Shown here one piece after another: positions 25,330-38,173 of a stretch of 64,000 bases of DNA. The notes beneath the pieces were generated by a model, which did no database searches, was not told the DNA's origin, and worked only from the letters and a program-made list of their open reading frames with translations. Numbering within the stretch: the first letter of the stretch is position 1; the number at the start of each line of letters is the position of its first letter. The stretch spans positions 39,644 through 103,643 of the forward strand of contig JBHOSQ010000003.1 of the NCBI GenBank assembly GCA_042584585.1, given 5' to 3'. A program made the translations under genes and the position numbers. Source of the stretch: an archaeon. GTDB taxonomy: Archaea > B1Sed10-29 > WALL01.

Positions 25330-26243
25330 TGCAACAGGAGTACTACGACGCAATTGCCGCCAACAAGCGCGGCACTGTATTTCTGTTCGGGGCCTTTTTG
25401 GTATTGATTATACTGCTAGGGTTTTTCATCGGCATGTGGATGGGCTCGGAAATAATCGGGATGGTGCTTACTTTTTTCCTCGCTATAGTCTGGGGCTTAG
25501 TGAGCTGGTTCGCGGGCGACAAGATTGTGCTTGGTGTCAGCGGAGCGAAGAAAGTCAAGAAAACGGAGTACCCTTATTTGTATAACACAATAGAGGGGCT
25601 TGCGATTGCCGCGGGGGTGCCGACCCCGGAAATGTATGTGATCACTGATGATTCTCCGAACGCGTTTGCCACCGGGAGGGACCCGCAGCACTCCAAGATT
25701 GCCGTGACGACTGGGCTGCTGAAGATGATGAACCGGCAGGAGCTCGAAGGCGTGATTGCACACGAGATGAGCCACGTCAAGAACTATGACATTCGCACGA
25801 TGATGGTGGCGGCCGTGCTGGTCGGGATTGTCGCGCTGCTTGGGAACATGTTCATCAGAATGATGTTTTACTCGCGGGGGAACAACGACCGAAAGGGCGG
25901 GAACCCGGTACTACTGGTGATTGGGCTGGTGTTCATTGCCGCGTCGCCGGTCATCGCGCAAGTGATAAAGATGGCTGTTTCGCGGAAGCGGGAGTACTTG
26001 GCTGACGCGGGAGCTGTGGAATTGACGCGGAACCCGGACGGGCTGAAAATGGCGCTGCAGAAATTGGCGAAGGACCACACTCCATTGAGGCGGGCGAACG
26101 GCGCGACGGCACACTTGTACATCGAGGACCCGATGGACAAGGAAAACAAGGGATTCTTCAAGTCGCTTAACTCGCTGTTCAGCACGCACCCGCCGATGAA
26201 GGAAAGGATTAGCAGGCTCGCTGAGTACGGCGCGATGGGCTAG
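25329..26243 (+). CDS. htpX: HtpX-like M48 zinc metalloprotease
   Basis: HEMSHVKNYD (HExxH), NAFATGRDP, and C-terminal STHPPMKERI. Stop/start overlap with lemA. Confidence 0.85.
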   Translation: MQQEYYDAIAANKRGTVFLFGAFLVLIILLGFFIGMWMGSEIIGMVLTFFLAIVWGLVSWFAGDKIVLGVSGAKKVKKTEYPYLYNTIEGLAIAAGVPTPEMYVITDDSPNAFATGRDPQHSKIAVTTGLLKMMNRQELEGVIAHEMSHVKNYDIRTMMVAAVLVGIVALLGNMFIRMMFYSRGNNDRKGGNPVLLVIGLVFIAASPVIAQVIKMAVSRKREYLADAGAVELTRNPDGLKMALQKLAKDHTPLRRANGATAHLYIEDPMDKENKGFFKSLNSLFSTHPPMKERISRLAEYGAMG

Positions 26244-26914
26244 GTATTTATGCCGTGTTTTGCGAGGAAATAGTCCGCTATTTTTTTGTGTTCTTCCAAG
26301 TTCACGAGTTGGTGCTTTATGAGAGAATCCAAAAAGCGCTCGGTGTTTTCAGCGGTGAGTACTCGGGCTACTTCTTCTTCGTGGCCGGGATGGCTTGGAT
26401 TGGTTACTGTTGCCGTGGAATCGCTCCACACCATGCTGAGCAGGTCCCGTATGACAATGTTGCCGGTTTCGGGGTGCAGGCCAAAGTTTCCAACGAACGC
26501 GTCCAGGGAATAATGCTTGTCCGCCGCTTTCTTGAATATGTCTGCAAACGCGTCAAGCACTGCCTCGTTCGGCTTGCCGTCCTTGATGTAGTCTTCTTTC
26601 GTGAGGGAGTTGTAGCCCTCGCGGTGGAACCACGGCCTGCCCTTCATGTCCTCGTGCTTGTCGACTTTTTTCTGGGGGATCCGTTCCGGGAGCGGCGCGC
26701 ACTCCAGGCCGATTTCTTCGGTAAGGATTTTGTGCTCTTTCCTCATGTCTTTCAGGAATTCTTTTGCCAGCTTGTCCGGGTCTTTTTGGGGATAAAAGCT
26801 GGGGTCCGGGGTGATGAGGACGCGATGGCTCTTCCGCTCGTTGTATTCTGTGTGGCCCACTTTACTGAAGCTGCCGGCGGTCCAGTCGCGCTTGAAGAAG
26901 CGTTCTTTTGGCAT
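26240..26914 (-). CDS. Hypothetical protein
   Basis: I chose the internal ATG at 26914 (MPKERFFKRDW...). The 30-aa N-terminal extension in the track looks non-coding and would overlap dut. No family recognised. Confidence 0.5.
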   Translation of the reverse strand: MPKERFFKRDWTAGSFSKVGHTEYNERKSHRVLITPDPSFYPQKDPDKLAKEFLKDMRKEHKILTEEIGLECAPLPERIPQKKVDKHEDMKGRPWFHREGYNSLTKEDYIKDGKPNEAVLDAFADIFKKAADKHYSLDAFVGNFGLHPETGNIVIRDLLSMVWSDSTATVTNPSHPGHEEEVARVLTAENTERFLDSLIKHQLVNLEEHKKIADYFLAKHGINT

Positions 26915-27000
26915 TAACAATATTGAAGCAGGCAGGAGATAAAAAGTTATTTGAGGCCCCCGGATGCATCCTGGATTACGGTGCGATTGGGTGAGCGCCT

Positions 27001-27429
27001 TCATTCACCGGTGCTGCCGAACCCGCCTTCTCCGCGCAGGGTGGGGTCGAGCTCGTTTACCTCGCGGAACTGCGCTTCCTCGACTTTGTTGAACACCATC
27101 TGCGCGATTTTCATGCCTTTGGTAATCTGGATTTCGTCTGTGCTTAGGTTCACCGCGATTACCCCGACTTCGCCGCGGTAGCCGGCGTCGATTGTTCCAG
27201 GAGTGTTCACGATTGAGAGGCCTTTCTTCAGCGCGAGCCCGCTCTTGGGCCTTATTTGTGCCTCGAAGCCCTCCGGGAAAGAGATTTGGAGCCCGGTGGG
27301 CAGGAGCTTGCGCTCGCCAGCGAGAACGATCGTGTCCTCCACGGCGTAAAGGTCCACGCCCGCGTCACCCTCGTGTGCATAGGCAGGGATGACTGCGTCT
27401 GGATGGATTTTCTTCACAAAAACACGCAT
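27001..27429 (-). CDS. dut: dUTP diphosphatase (trimeric dUTPase)
   Basis: Motifs: AGVDL, NTPGTIDAGYRGEV, RGEGGFGSTG. Confidence 0.9.
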   Translation of the reverse strand: MRVFVKKIHPDAVIPAYAHEGDAGVDLYAVEDTIVLAGERKLLPTGLQISFPEGFEAQIRPKSGLALKKGLSIVNTPGTIDAGYRGEVGVIAVNLSTDEIQITKGMKIAQMVFNKVEEAQFREVNELDPTLRGEGGFGSTGE

Positions 27430-27461
27430 GGGCTAGTTGGGGGTTTTGGCTCTTTTATGCC

Positions 27462-28025
27462 TTACGGCTCTTCGCCATATTCTATTCCTTCCCAATCCCC
27501 GGAAACGCGCTCTTCCACGTACTTATCCTTTTTGTTCTTTTTGATTCCCTGTATCACGTGGACAATTTGGTCGCCCCGGAGTTTCGTCCCTTTAGGGACG
27601 ACGTAAAAAGGCTCCTGCACGTCAATGCCACCCGCAAACAATTTAGCCATTCCTTCGTGAGTCAACACTTGCCGGAGTTTCTTGAGCTCTTTCTTGTCAG
27701 TGATGCTCTCGGGGGGCTGAATGCGATTTCGGATCTCGCCGCCAGTCTCGTCCATCTTTTCGCGGGAACGGAGAGCGCGGACAAAACTAGTTACCGCCAT
27801 TGCGGCAGAAGTGACGTTCAAAAACAAGCCGTGTGCGGGTGACTCCCCCCTCATGATAGAGCTCACGGCATGGGCAAAGCCTCCACCCGCCCCCACCACT
27901 CCAACGGCTGTGGCGCCCATCCAGACCCACGAGCCCTTACGTGATTTGTGGATGTCGTCAAAAAATTTCTGGCCCTCTTCGTTGAAGTGCTCCCTCTGCA
28001 GCTCAACTGTTGGTTTCTTGGGCAT
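27462..28025 (-). CDS. Hypothetical membrane protein
   Basis: I chose ATG at 28025 (TAATG overlap with the epimerase stop), giving MPKKPTVELQ..., 187 aa, with two predicted TM helices (WVWMGATAVGVVGAGGGFAHAV; LFLNVTSAAMAVTSFV). The longer track ORF is a read-through of the epimerase gene in another frame. Confidence 0.5.
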   Translation of the reverse strand: MPKKPTVELQREHFNEEGQKFFDDIHKSRKGSWVWMGATAVGVVGAGGGFAHAVSSIMRGESPAHGLFLNVTSAAMAVTSFVRALRSREKMDETGGEIRNRIQPPESITDKKELKKLRQVLTHEGMAKLFAGGIDVQEPFYVVPKGTKLRGDQIVHVIQGIKKNKKDKYVEERVSGDWEGIEYGEEP

Positions 28026-28927
28026 TACCCCTTCAGCTCCTTGATGGTCTTCGCCAACCCCTTCTCGAGCTTGTACTTGGGCTTGAATCCGATGGACTTG
28101 GCTTTCGAGATGTCCACCACGCGGTTGCGTAGGAGGCGGCTGATGCTTGAGGGCAATAGGGTTACGTCTGACTCGCCCGGCGTTACTTTGGACTTCGCGA
28201 AGTACGCCAGGGCTGCTGCCTTTGCCGCAAGGGGATTGATTTCGTCTGACGGGAACCGCTTGTGCAGTAGCTTGCAAATGAGCTTGTACGTCTCGCGGTA
28301 AGTCAAGAAGTCCGGGCCCGCGATATTGAGAATTTGGTTGCGTGCCTCCGGGTTCAGGCACATGACCAGGAAATCGATTACGTCGTCGATGTATACCAAG
28401 TGGAAGTAGTTGTCGCCCTTGCCGATCATCGGGTAATTGTTTTTCGCGGCCTTGATGATTTGCCCCCAGAACCGGTTCGGGCCGTAAATGATTGTCGAGC
28501 GGACAATCGTGTAAGGGATTTGGTGCTTCAGGCGGTAGTCCATCACGATGCGCTCGGCCTCTTCCTTGGACTTTTCGTACTTTGTCTTGGGGTTGTACGC
28601 GTCGTCCTCGCGGGCTGGCTCCCTTGTCTCGCCGAGTACTCCGACTGGGCCGAGCATTATGAAGCGGTTGAGCTCCCGACGCTTGCACAGGTCGAGGAGG
28701 TTGCGGGTGCCCTCTACGTTCACGCGCCACAACGGCTTGGACTCGTCCAGTTCGGCTGCAAGGTGGTAGACCACGTCAAAGCGCTTTGACTGGATTCGGG
28801 AGAGGCCTTCCTCAGTCAGCAGGTTGGCCTCGCTGCCGAAGCCAATCACTTTATGGCCTTTCTTTTCGAGGGCCTTCACGAGGCGCGTTCCAACAAACCC
28901 AGTGGCTCCAGTGACGAGAATTCTCAT
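28025..28927 (-). CDS. NAD-dependent epimerase/dehydratase (SDR family)
   Basis: I chose ATG at 28927, giving MRILVTGATGFVGTRLV (Rossmann GxxGxxG). The YxxxK region YEKSK is present. Confidence 0.85.
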   Translation of the reverse strand: MRILVTGATGFVGTRLVKALEKKGHKVIGFGSEANLLTEEGLSRIQSKRFDVVYHLAAELDESKPLWRVNVEGTRNLLDLCKRRELNRFIMLGPVGVLGETREPAREDDAYNPKTKYEKSKEEAERIVMDYRLKHQIPYTIVRSTIIYGPNRFWGQIIKAAKNNYPMIGKGDNYFHLVYIDDVIDFLVMCLNPEARNQILNIAGPDFLTYRETYKLICKLLHKRFPSDEINPLAAKAAALAYFAKSKVTPGESDVTLLPSSISRLLRNRVVDISKAKSIGFKPKYKLEKGLAKTIKELKG

Positions 28928-28992
28928 CACCAATAATAACCCCCTCCGTATATAAAAAACTCCCCACTTAACTAGTTCAGGAGCTGGAGAAC

Positions 28993-29753
28993 ATGAAAAT
29001 GGGCAAAGTAGAGACGTACATAAACGACCACAAGGACCGTGGTGAGCCACTGCTCATGATACTCATAGACCCCTGTGACCACGCGTCGCCCGATGCTGCG
29101 GCAAAGACAGCCAAGGCGGCAGAGGAGGGCGGGTCGCAGCTGATACTCGTGGGCGGCTCGATTGGGGCGCAGGGCGCCCTGATGGAAGAGACCACGAAGC
29201 AGATAAAAGAAGCCGTTGGCGTGCCGGTAAACATTTTCCCGGGCAACAACGCTTCCATAACCAGTCACGCCGACTCGATTTACTTTTACTCGCTGCTCAA
29301 CTCGCGGAACGCGTACTGGACCACCATGGCCCAGACCACCGGCGCGCCGGTCATAAAGCGCATGGGGATTGAGCCCCTGCCCACGGGATACATTGTTGTG
29401 GAGCCCGGTGGGACAGTGGGATGGGTCGCGGACGTTAACTTGGTTCCGCGCAACAGGCCGCAGATTGCCGCGGCGCTCGCAATGGCGGGCGAGTACATGG
29501 GCAACCGCTTGATGCTCACAGACTCTGGCTCTGCCCCCGAGGAGGGGCACATGCCGCTTGAGATGATTAAAGCAGTCCGGCAGGCGATTTCAATCCCGTA
29601 CATTGTTGGTGGCGGGGTGCGCACGCCCGAAGAGGCGAAGAGTGTCATCAAGGCTGGTGCGGACGCAATCCAGGTTGGAACCGCAATCGAGAACAACGAA
29701 AAGGTGAGGGACACTGCCAGCAAGTTCCTCAAGGCGATGAAGGAAGGAAAGAA

Positions 29754-29757
<4 letters not shown>
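28993..29757 (+). CDS. Geranylgeranylglyceryl phosphate synthase (GGGPS / PcrB family)
   Basis: Motifs: LILVGGS, IFPGN, YIVVEPGG, YIVGGGVRTPEEA. tatataaaaaa TATA in the divergent spacer at 28928-28992. Confidence 0.85.
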
Positions 29758-32724
<2,967 letters not shown>

Positions 32725-32728
<4 letters not shown>

Positions 32729-33564
32729 TTGCGGCGCTCCTTCGCGGCCTCGAGCGTGTTGCGCATCAGGGAGGCGACGGTCATGGGACCCACGCCACCG
32801 GGGACCGGGGAAATTGCGGCTGCTTTTTCCTTGACTGCGTCGAAGTCAACGTCGCCGCACAATCCGGAGTCGGTCCGGTTCATGCCGACGTCGATTACTA
32901 CCGCGCCTTTTTTCACCATGTCGGTGGTTATGAGATTGGGCTTGCCGACCGCGGAGACGATTAAGTCGGCCTGGAGTGTTTCGGCGGAAAGGCCCTTGGT
33001 TTTGGAGTGGCAGACCGTGACCGTGCAGTTCTTCTGGAGGAGCATTATCGCCACGGGCTTTCCGACAATGTTGGAGCGGCCGACGACTACTGCCTTGGCA
33101 CCAGCATAGGGAAAGTTGATTGAGTCCAGCATCGCAATGATGCCTGTTGGTGTGGAGGGTGCGAGGCCTTTTTGCCCAGAGAGGAGGAGGCCCATGTTGA
33201 CTGGGTGGAAGCCGTCCACGTCTTTTGAGGGGTCGATGGCGCGGATTACCGCGTCTTCGTCGATTTGCTTGGGGAGTGGGAGCTGGACCAGGACGCCGTC
33301 GACTGCGTCGTCCGCGTTTAGCTTGGAGACTAGGGCGAGTAGGTCTGTTTGGGTGGTGGATTCGGGCAGGGAGTGCCTGACGGACTCTATCCCAACTTTT
33401 TCGCATGCCACGTTCTTCATTTTGACGTATACCTTGGAGGCGGGGTCTTCTCCCACGAGTACCACGTCCAGGCGTGGCTTGTAGGGCAGGGAAGCAATTT
33501 CTTCCGCGACTTTGGCTTTTGCCTCTGCTGCTAAGGCTTTTCCGTCAATAATTGAAGCTGGCAC
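32725..33564 (-). CDS. folD: Bifunctional methylene-THF dehydrogenase / methenyl-THF cyclohydrolase
   Basis: Motifs: VLVGEDPASKVYVKMK, GVLVQLPLP, VVVGRSNIVGKPVAMLL, PVPGGVGPMT. Confidence 0.9.
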
Positions 33565-33658
33565 GCAATCACCCCGATGTTATATAAAGATTAAAGGAGT
33601 TATAAAAGGTGTTGGGTGTAGTCTTGTTAGGCTCCCCACTCGGTTTGGTGCAACCTAT

Positions 33659-35026
33659 ATGTGTGGAATAGTGGCATTGAGCAATGGAGACGTCGCGTAT
33701 AAACTTTATTATGGACTTTATTCCATTCAGCACCGTGGCCAGGACTCCTGTGGCATAACCACTTACGACCCATCGAACAAGCGCTTCAGAATGCGGAAGA
33801 AGCAGGGGCTTGTCTCTAACGTTTTCAGCAAGCAGGAGATTGAAAACCTTTACGGCCAGCTTGGGATTGGCCACGTGAGGTACCCAACAATAGGCGGCGA
33901 CTTCGAGAGGGATGCGCAGCCTTTTGTGTACAACAAAGAGATGACACTGGCGCACAACGGGAACATCGCGAACTACATGGACGTCGTCAAAGGCCTGAAC
34001 ATAAAGCCGGGCTCGATGTGCGACAGCGAGGCGGTGATGAACCTGCTCGCGCAGGAGATGAAGAGCGAGGGCGGGCTGATGCCGGGGCTCGAGGCCATGA
34101 TGAACAAGCTCAATGGGGCTTATTCCGTGGTCGCAATCATTCCGGGAGAGGGGCTAGTGATTTTCCGTGACCCCCACGCCATAAGGCCATTGATACTCAG
34201 CAAGCATGGTGCTGCATCGGAGAGTGTTGCACTTGACATAATGGGCGAGGAAGTGGTCGACGACGTCAAGCCCGGCGAGTGCGTCGTGATAAAGGACGGG
34301 GAGATGGAGCGGAAGACCATTCTCAGCAAGGAACCGCGCCACTGCATGTTCGAGTGGGTGTACTTCAGCAGGCCGGACTCGACAATCGAAAACAAGAGCG
34401 TTTACCGCGTCAGGCTCCGCCTGGGCAAGGAGCTGGCGAAGCAGTGGGACCATGATGTTGACGTTGTCATGCCGGTCCCGGACACTGCAAGGGCAACGGC
34501 ACTCCGGTTCGCGAGGGCGATTGACGTCCCGTTCCGCGAGGGCCTGATAAAAAACCGCTACGTGGGAAGGACTTTCATAATGCCCGCGCAGGAGCTGCGG
34601 GAGACCGCGGTCAAGCTCAAGCTCAACCCAATCATCCGCGAAATCAAGGACAAGCGCGTCGCGGTCGTCGACGACAGCATAGTCCGCGGCACCACGAGCC
34701 GCAAGATAGTCAAGCTCATTCGGGACGCTGGCGCGAAGGAAGTGCACTTCGTCGTCGCTTGCCCACCAATAAAGTGGCCGTGCTTTTACGGGATTGACAT
34801 GACCAAAAAATCGGAGCTCGCCGCCTCGAAGTACGAGGACGTCGAGAAGGAGATGGCGGAGAAGATAGGCGCGGACTCCGTCACTTACCTCACAGTCAAG
34901 GGGCTGCGGCGTGCGATTGGCCTCAACGGCTTGTGCACCGCGTGCCTCGACGGCAACTACCCCACCGACGTCTCGGCTTTGCTTGAGAAGAAGGGTGAGG
35001 AGCGGCCCTACGAGGTGGATGAGTGA
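33659..35026 (+). CDS. purF: Amidophosphoribosyltransferase
   Basis: I chose ATG at 33659, giving MCGIVAL (N-terminal nucleophile Cys). Also LQHRGQDS, the VDDSIVRGTT PRTase motif, and C-terminal Cys residues. Confidence 0.9.
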   Translation: MCGIVALSNGDVAYKLYYGLYSIQHRGQDSCGITTYDPSNKRFRMRKKQGLVSNVFSKQEIENLYGQLGIGHVRYPTIGGDFERDAQPFVYNKEMTLAHNGNIANYMDVVKGLNIKPGSMCDSEAVMNLLAQEMKSEGGLMPGLEAMMNKLNGAYSVVAIIPGEGLVIFRDPHAIRPLILSKHGAASESVALDIMGEEVVDDVKPGECVVIKDGEMERKTILSKEPRHCMFEWVYFSRPDSTIENKSVYRVRLRLGKELAKQWDHDVDVVMPVPDTARATALRFARAIDVPFREGLIKNRYVGRTFIMPAQELRETAVKLKLNPIIREIKDKRVAVVDDSIVRGTTSRKIVKLIRDAGAKEVHFVVACPPIKWPCFYGIDMTKKSELAASKYEDVEKEMAEKIGADSVTYLTVKGLRRAIGLNGLCTACLDGNYPTDVSALLEKKGEERPYEVDE

Positions 35027-36363
35027 AGGTACTCCTGGTTGGTAACAGCGCTAGGGAGCACGCAATGGGCGAGGCACTGGCAAGGGACGCCGAGCTATAC
35101 TGCGTGATGACCGCGAAGAACCCCGGGCTCATGGACCTTTCCGCGGGAAGGGCAATTGGCGATATACTCGACCCCGAGTATGTGCTGAAGTGGGCGAAGA
35201 AGTGGGGTGTTGACTTTTGTGTTGTGGGGCCGGAAGCACCTCTTGGGGCGGGGGTCACTGATGTTCTTGAGGAAAACGGGATTCCGTGCGCCAGCCCAAG
35301 CAAAGCGGCGGCACAAATCGAGTTGGACAAGAGCTTCTGCAGGGAGCTCATGGAAAAATACGAGTGCAGTGGCAGGATAGTGTACAAGGTGTTCGACAAC
35401 GCCGCGGACGCCTCTGAATTTATTGATGTCTTCGGAAAGCCAGTGGCAATCAAGCCGCTTGGGCTTACTGGCGGCAAGGGGGTCAAGATAGTTGCCGACG
35501 TGCCCGGCCAGCTCAAGGACTTGGATGCCGCGAAGAAGTACGCCAAAAAAGTGCTGAAGGACGGGATTGGCGGCGCGAAGGTAATTGTCGAGGAAAAGCT
35601 TGAGGGGGAGGAGTTCACCATCCAGGCGTTTGTGGACGGAAGCTACGTGGCGCCTACGCCCGCGGTCCAGGACCACAAGTTCGCGAACGACGGCGACAAA
35701 GGCAGCTTCACCGGCGGAATGGGGAGCTATAGCAACATCGGGAACCTTCTGCCGTTCATGCAGCCCGAGGACTACGACACAGCGGTCGGGATTATGCGGG
35801 AAGTGGTCGGGGCACTAAAGCGGGAAGGCCACCCATACAAGGGAGTTATGTACGGGCAATTCATGCTTACTCCTGAGGGGCCGAAGGTCGTGGAGATTAA
35901 CGCGCGCTTCGGTGACCCCGAGGCCATGAACACGCTTGGCGTGCTCAAGACGTCTTACAGGGAAATTTGCGAGGCCATCAACGAGGGCGAGCTCGCCAAC
36001 CTCCCAATCGAGTTCGCGGAAACGGCGACCGTGTGCAAGTACATTGTCCCCAAGGGCTATCCCGGCCGCCCGGTGAAGGGCAAGCGGGTTAGGATTGAGG
36101 GCAAGCCGAAGTCGAAAGTGTACTACGCGTCCGTCGACAAGAAAAAAAACGGGCTGTTCATGTCGTCGAGCCGCGCGCTTGCGTTCGTTGGGACCGGGGG
36201 CACGATTGAAGAGGCCGAAAAGATGGCACGGCACGACCTGGCGCTCGTGAAGGGGCCGGTGCACTACCGGAAGGACATTGGCACACAAAAGCTGATTGAG
36301 AAGCGTATAACCCACATGGACGAGCTCAGGCTACGGCACGACAAACTCCCGTTAGAATTATAA
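35023..36363 (+). CDS. purD: Phosphoribosylamine-glycine ligase
   Basis: MKVLLVGNSAREHAMGEAL; ATP-grasp core VVEEKLEGEEFT; EINARFGDPE. Confidence 0.9.
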   Translation: MKVLLVGNSAREHAMGEALARDAELYCVMTAKNPGLMDLSAGRAIGDILDPEYVLKWAKKWGVDFCVVGPEAPLGAGVTDVLEENGIPCASPSKAAAQIELDKSFCRELMEKYECSGRIVYKVFDNAADASEFIDVFGKPVAIKPLGLTGGKGVKIVADVPGQLKDLDAAKKYAKKVLKDGIGGAKVIVEEKLEGEEFTIQAFVDGSYVAPTPAVQDHKFANDGDKGSFTGGMGSYSNIGNLLPFMQPEDYDTAVGIMREVVGALKREGHPYKGVMYGQFMLTPEGPKVVEINARFGDPEAMNTLGVLKTSYREICEAINEGELANLPIEFAETATVCKYIVPKGYPGRPVKGKRVRIEGKPKSKVYYASVDKKKNGLFMSSSRALAFVGTGGTIEEAEKMARHDLALVKGPVHYRKDIGTQKLIEKRITHMDELRLRHDKLPLEL

Positions 36364-36398
36364 ACAGCCCCGCATCTAACTAAAATAGGGTGGTTGGT

Positions 36399-36866
36399 AT
36401 GCAAATAACGGTTATTTTAGGGTCTTCTTCTGACGCCCCAATCGCTGAAAAATGCACGAAAATCCTCGATAAATTCGGGATTGGGTACGAGACTCGCGTT
36501 GCTTCGGCGCACCGTGCGCCGGAAATTGTTAAAGAAATCGTCGAGTCCTCGGAGTCAGAAGTATTTATTGCGATTGCCGGGTTAGCGGCTGCGTTGCCGG
36601 GAGTTGTTGCGTCGCACACCACGAAGCCGGTGATTGGAGTGCCGGTTGGCGTGAAGCTTGACGGATTGGACGCGTTCTTGGCGATTGCGCAGATGCCGCC
36701 GGGAATTCCCGTGGCAACGGTAGGCGTAGACAGGGGCGACAACGCGGCGGTGCTTGCGGCCGAGATTATTGCCGTGAAGGACACCACGTTGGCTGCGAAG
36801 CTTGGCAGTTACAGGGAAGAAATGAAAGAAAAAGTCAGGAAGCAGGACGCGGAGATGAGAAAGTGA
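36399..36866 (+). CDS. purE: PurE (N5-CAIR mutase-type signature)
   Basis: [18 protein letters not shown]...ASAHRAPE...[12 protein letters not shown]. The track start GTG 36390 is in frame. Confidence 0.85.
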   Translation: MQITVILGSSSDAPIAEKCTKILDKFGIGYETRVASAHRAPEIVKEIVESSESEVFIAIAGLAAALPGVVASHTTKPVIGVPVGVKLDGLDAFLAIAQMPPGIPVATVGVDRGDNAAVLAAEIIAVKDTTLAAKLGSYREEMKEKVRKQDAEMRK

Positions 36867-38173
36867 TCCATCCAATCGAGTACAGGTACAGGTTCCCGGA
36901 AATGTACGCGCTGTTCGACGAGGAATCGAAGCTAAGGAAGATGCTGCAGGTCGAGGTTGCTCTCGCGAGGGCGCACGCCAAGATTGGGACGATACCGAAG
37001 AAGGACGCCAGGCGGATTGCCGCCGCAGCGAAGAAGGTAAAGCTCGAGCGAGTCAAGAAAATCGAAAGGAAGACGCACCACGACGTTATGGCCGTCGCGG
37101 ACGCGCTGGCCGAGAAGTCCGGCGCCGCCGGCAAGTGGGTCCACCTCGGCGCGACTTCGTACGACATTGTTGACACAATGTGGGCACTCATACTCAAGGA
37201 CGCAACGGTTTTGCTCGCGAAGGACTTGAAGGGTGTGAAGCGTGAGCTCCGGCGCCTCGCGAAAAGGCACAACAAGACTGTGATGGTCGGCAGGACGCAT
37301 GGCCAGCACGCGCTCCCAATTACGTTTGGCCTCAAGTGCGCGCTTTGGCTTAGCGAGGTCCACAACAACGAGGAGCGGCTGAAGCAGCTCCAGAAGCGCG
37401 TTCTCGTGGGGAAAATGAGCGGCGCGGTCGGGACGTTCGCCGGCTTCGGAAGCGCGCGGGTGCAGAAGCTCGTGATGAAGGAGCTCAAGATTGGCGAGCC
37501 GCGCGTGACCAACCAGGTCGTGCAGCGCGAGGGCATCGCGGAACTCATTGCATTTACTGCGATAGTCGCTGGCACCGTCGAAAGGATTGCGAAGGAAATC
37601 CGGAACCTTTCGCGGAGCGAGATAAAAGAGGTCGAGGAAAGCTTTGTCAAGGGACAGGTCGGCAGCTCTACAATGCCGCAGAAGCGGAACCCTCACAAGA
37701 GCGAGAACCTGTGTGGCATCGCGAAGGTGATAAGGAGCAACGTGCCCGTGGCAATGGAAAACATTGCGCTCGAGCACGAGCGGGACTTGACGAACTCCAG
37801 TTCGGAGCGGATTATTCTGCCGGAGAGCTTTGTGCTGACCGACTATTCGCTGCGGCAGATGGCATCGATTCTCAATGAGCTTAATGTTTACCCGAAGCGG
37901 ATGAAGGCGAACCTGGAGGAAGACCCGTACGTGATGAGCGAGTCCATAATGCTTGCGCTCGTGCGCAAGGGCGTGCCGCGCCAGAAGGCGCATGAGATGG
38001 TGAAGAAGGCCGCAATGCGCGCGTTCACCAAAGGGAAGGACTACAGGGCCACGGTCGCAAGGGCGACTTCGGCGTGGCTCTCTGAAAAAGAACTGGGCAA
38101 GGCGATGGACCCGTACTCCTACCTCGGGCAAAGCGAGAGGCTGGTCGGCAAGGTCTTGAGGGAATGCAAATGA
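36863..38173 (+). CDS. purB: Adenylosuccinate lyase
   Basis: [19 protein letters not shown], and the signature [15 protein letters not shown] overlap with purE. Confidence 0.9.
   Translation: MIHPIEYRYRFPEMYALFDEESKLRKMLQVEVALARAHAKIGTIPKKDARRIAAAAKKVKLERVKKIERKTHHDVMAVADALAEKSGAAGKWVHLGATSYDIVDTMWALILKDATVLLAKDLKGVKRELRRLAKRHNKTVMVGRTHGQHALPITFGLKCALWLSEVHNNEERLKQLQKRVLVGKMSGAVGTFAGFGSARVQKLVMKELKIGEPRVTNQVVQREGIAELIAFTAIVAGTVERIAKEIRNLSRSEIKEVEESFVKGQVGSSTMPQKRNPHKSENLCGIAKVIRSNVPVAMENIALEHERDLTNSSSERIILPESFVLTDYSLRQMASILNELNVYPKRMKANLEEDPYVMSESIMLALVRKGVPRQKAHEMVKKAAMRAFTKGKDYRATVARATSAWLSEKELGKAMDPYSYLGQSERLVGKVLRECK

Noticed and set aside
27462-28730. 422-aa minus-strand ORF spanning the epimerase gene
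   Set aside because: Only the last 187 codons (from ATG 28025) look coding. The upstream part is an alternative frame of the SDR epimerase gene with a P/R/G/Q-rich composition.
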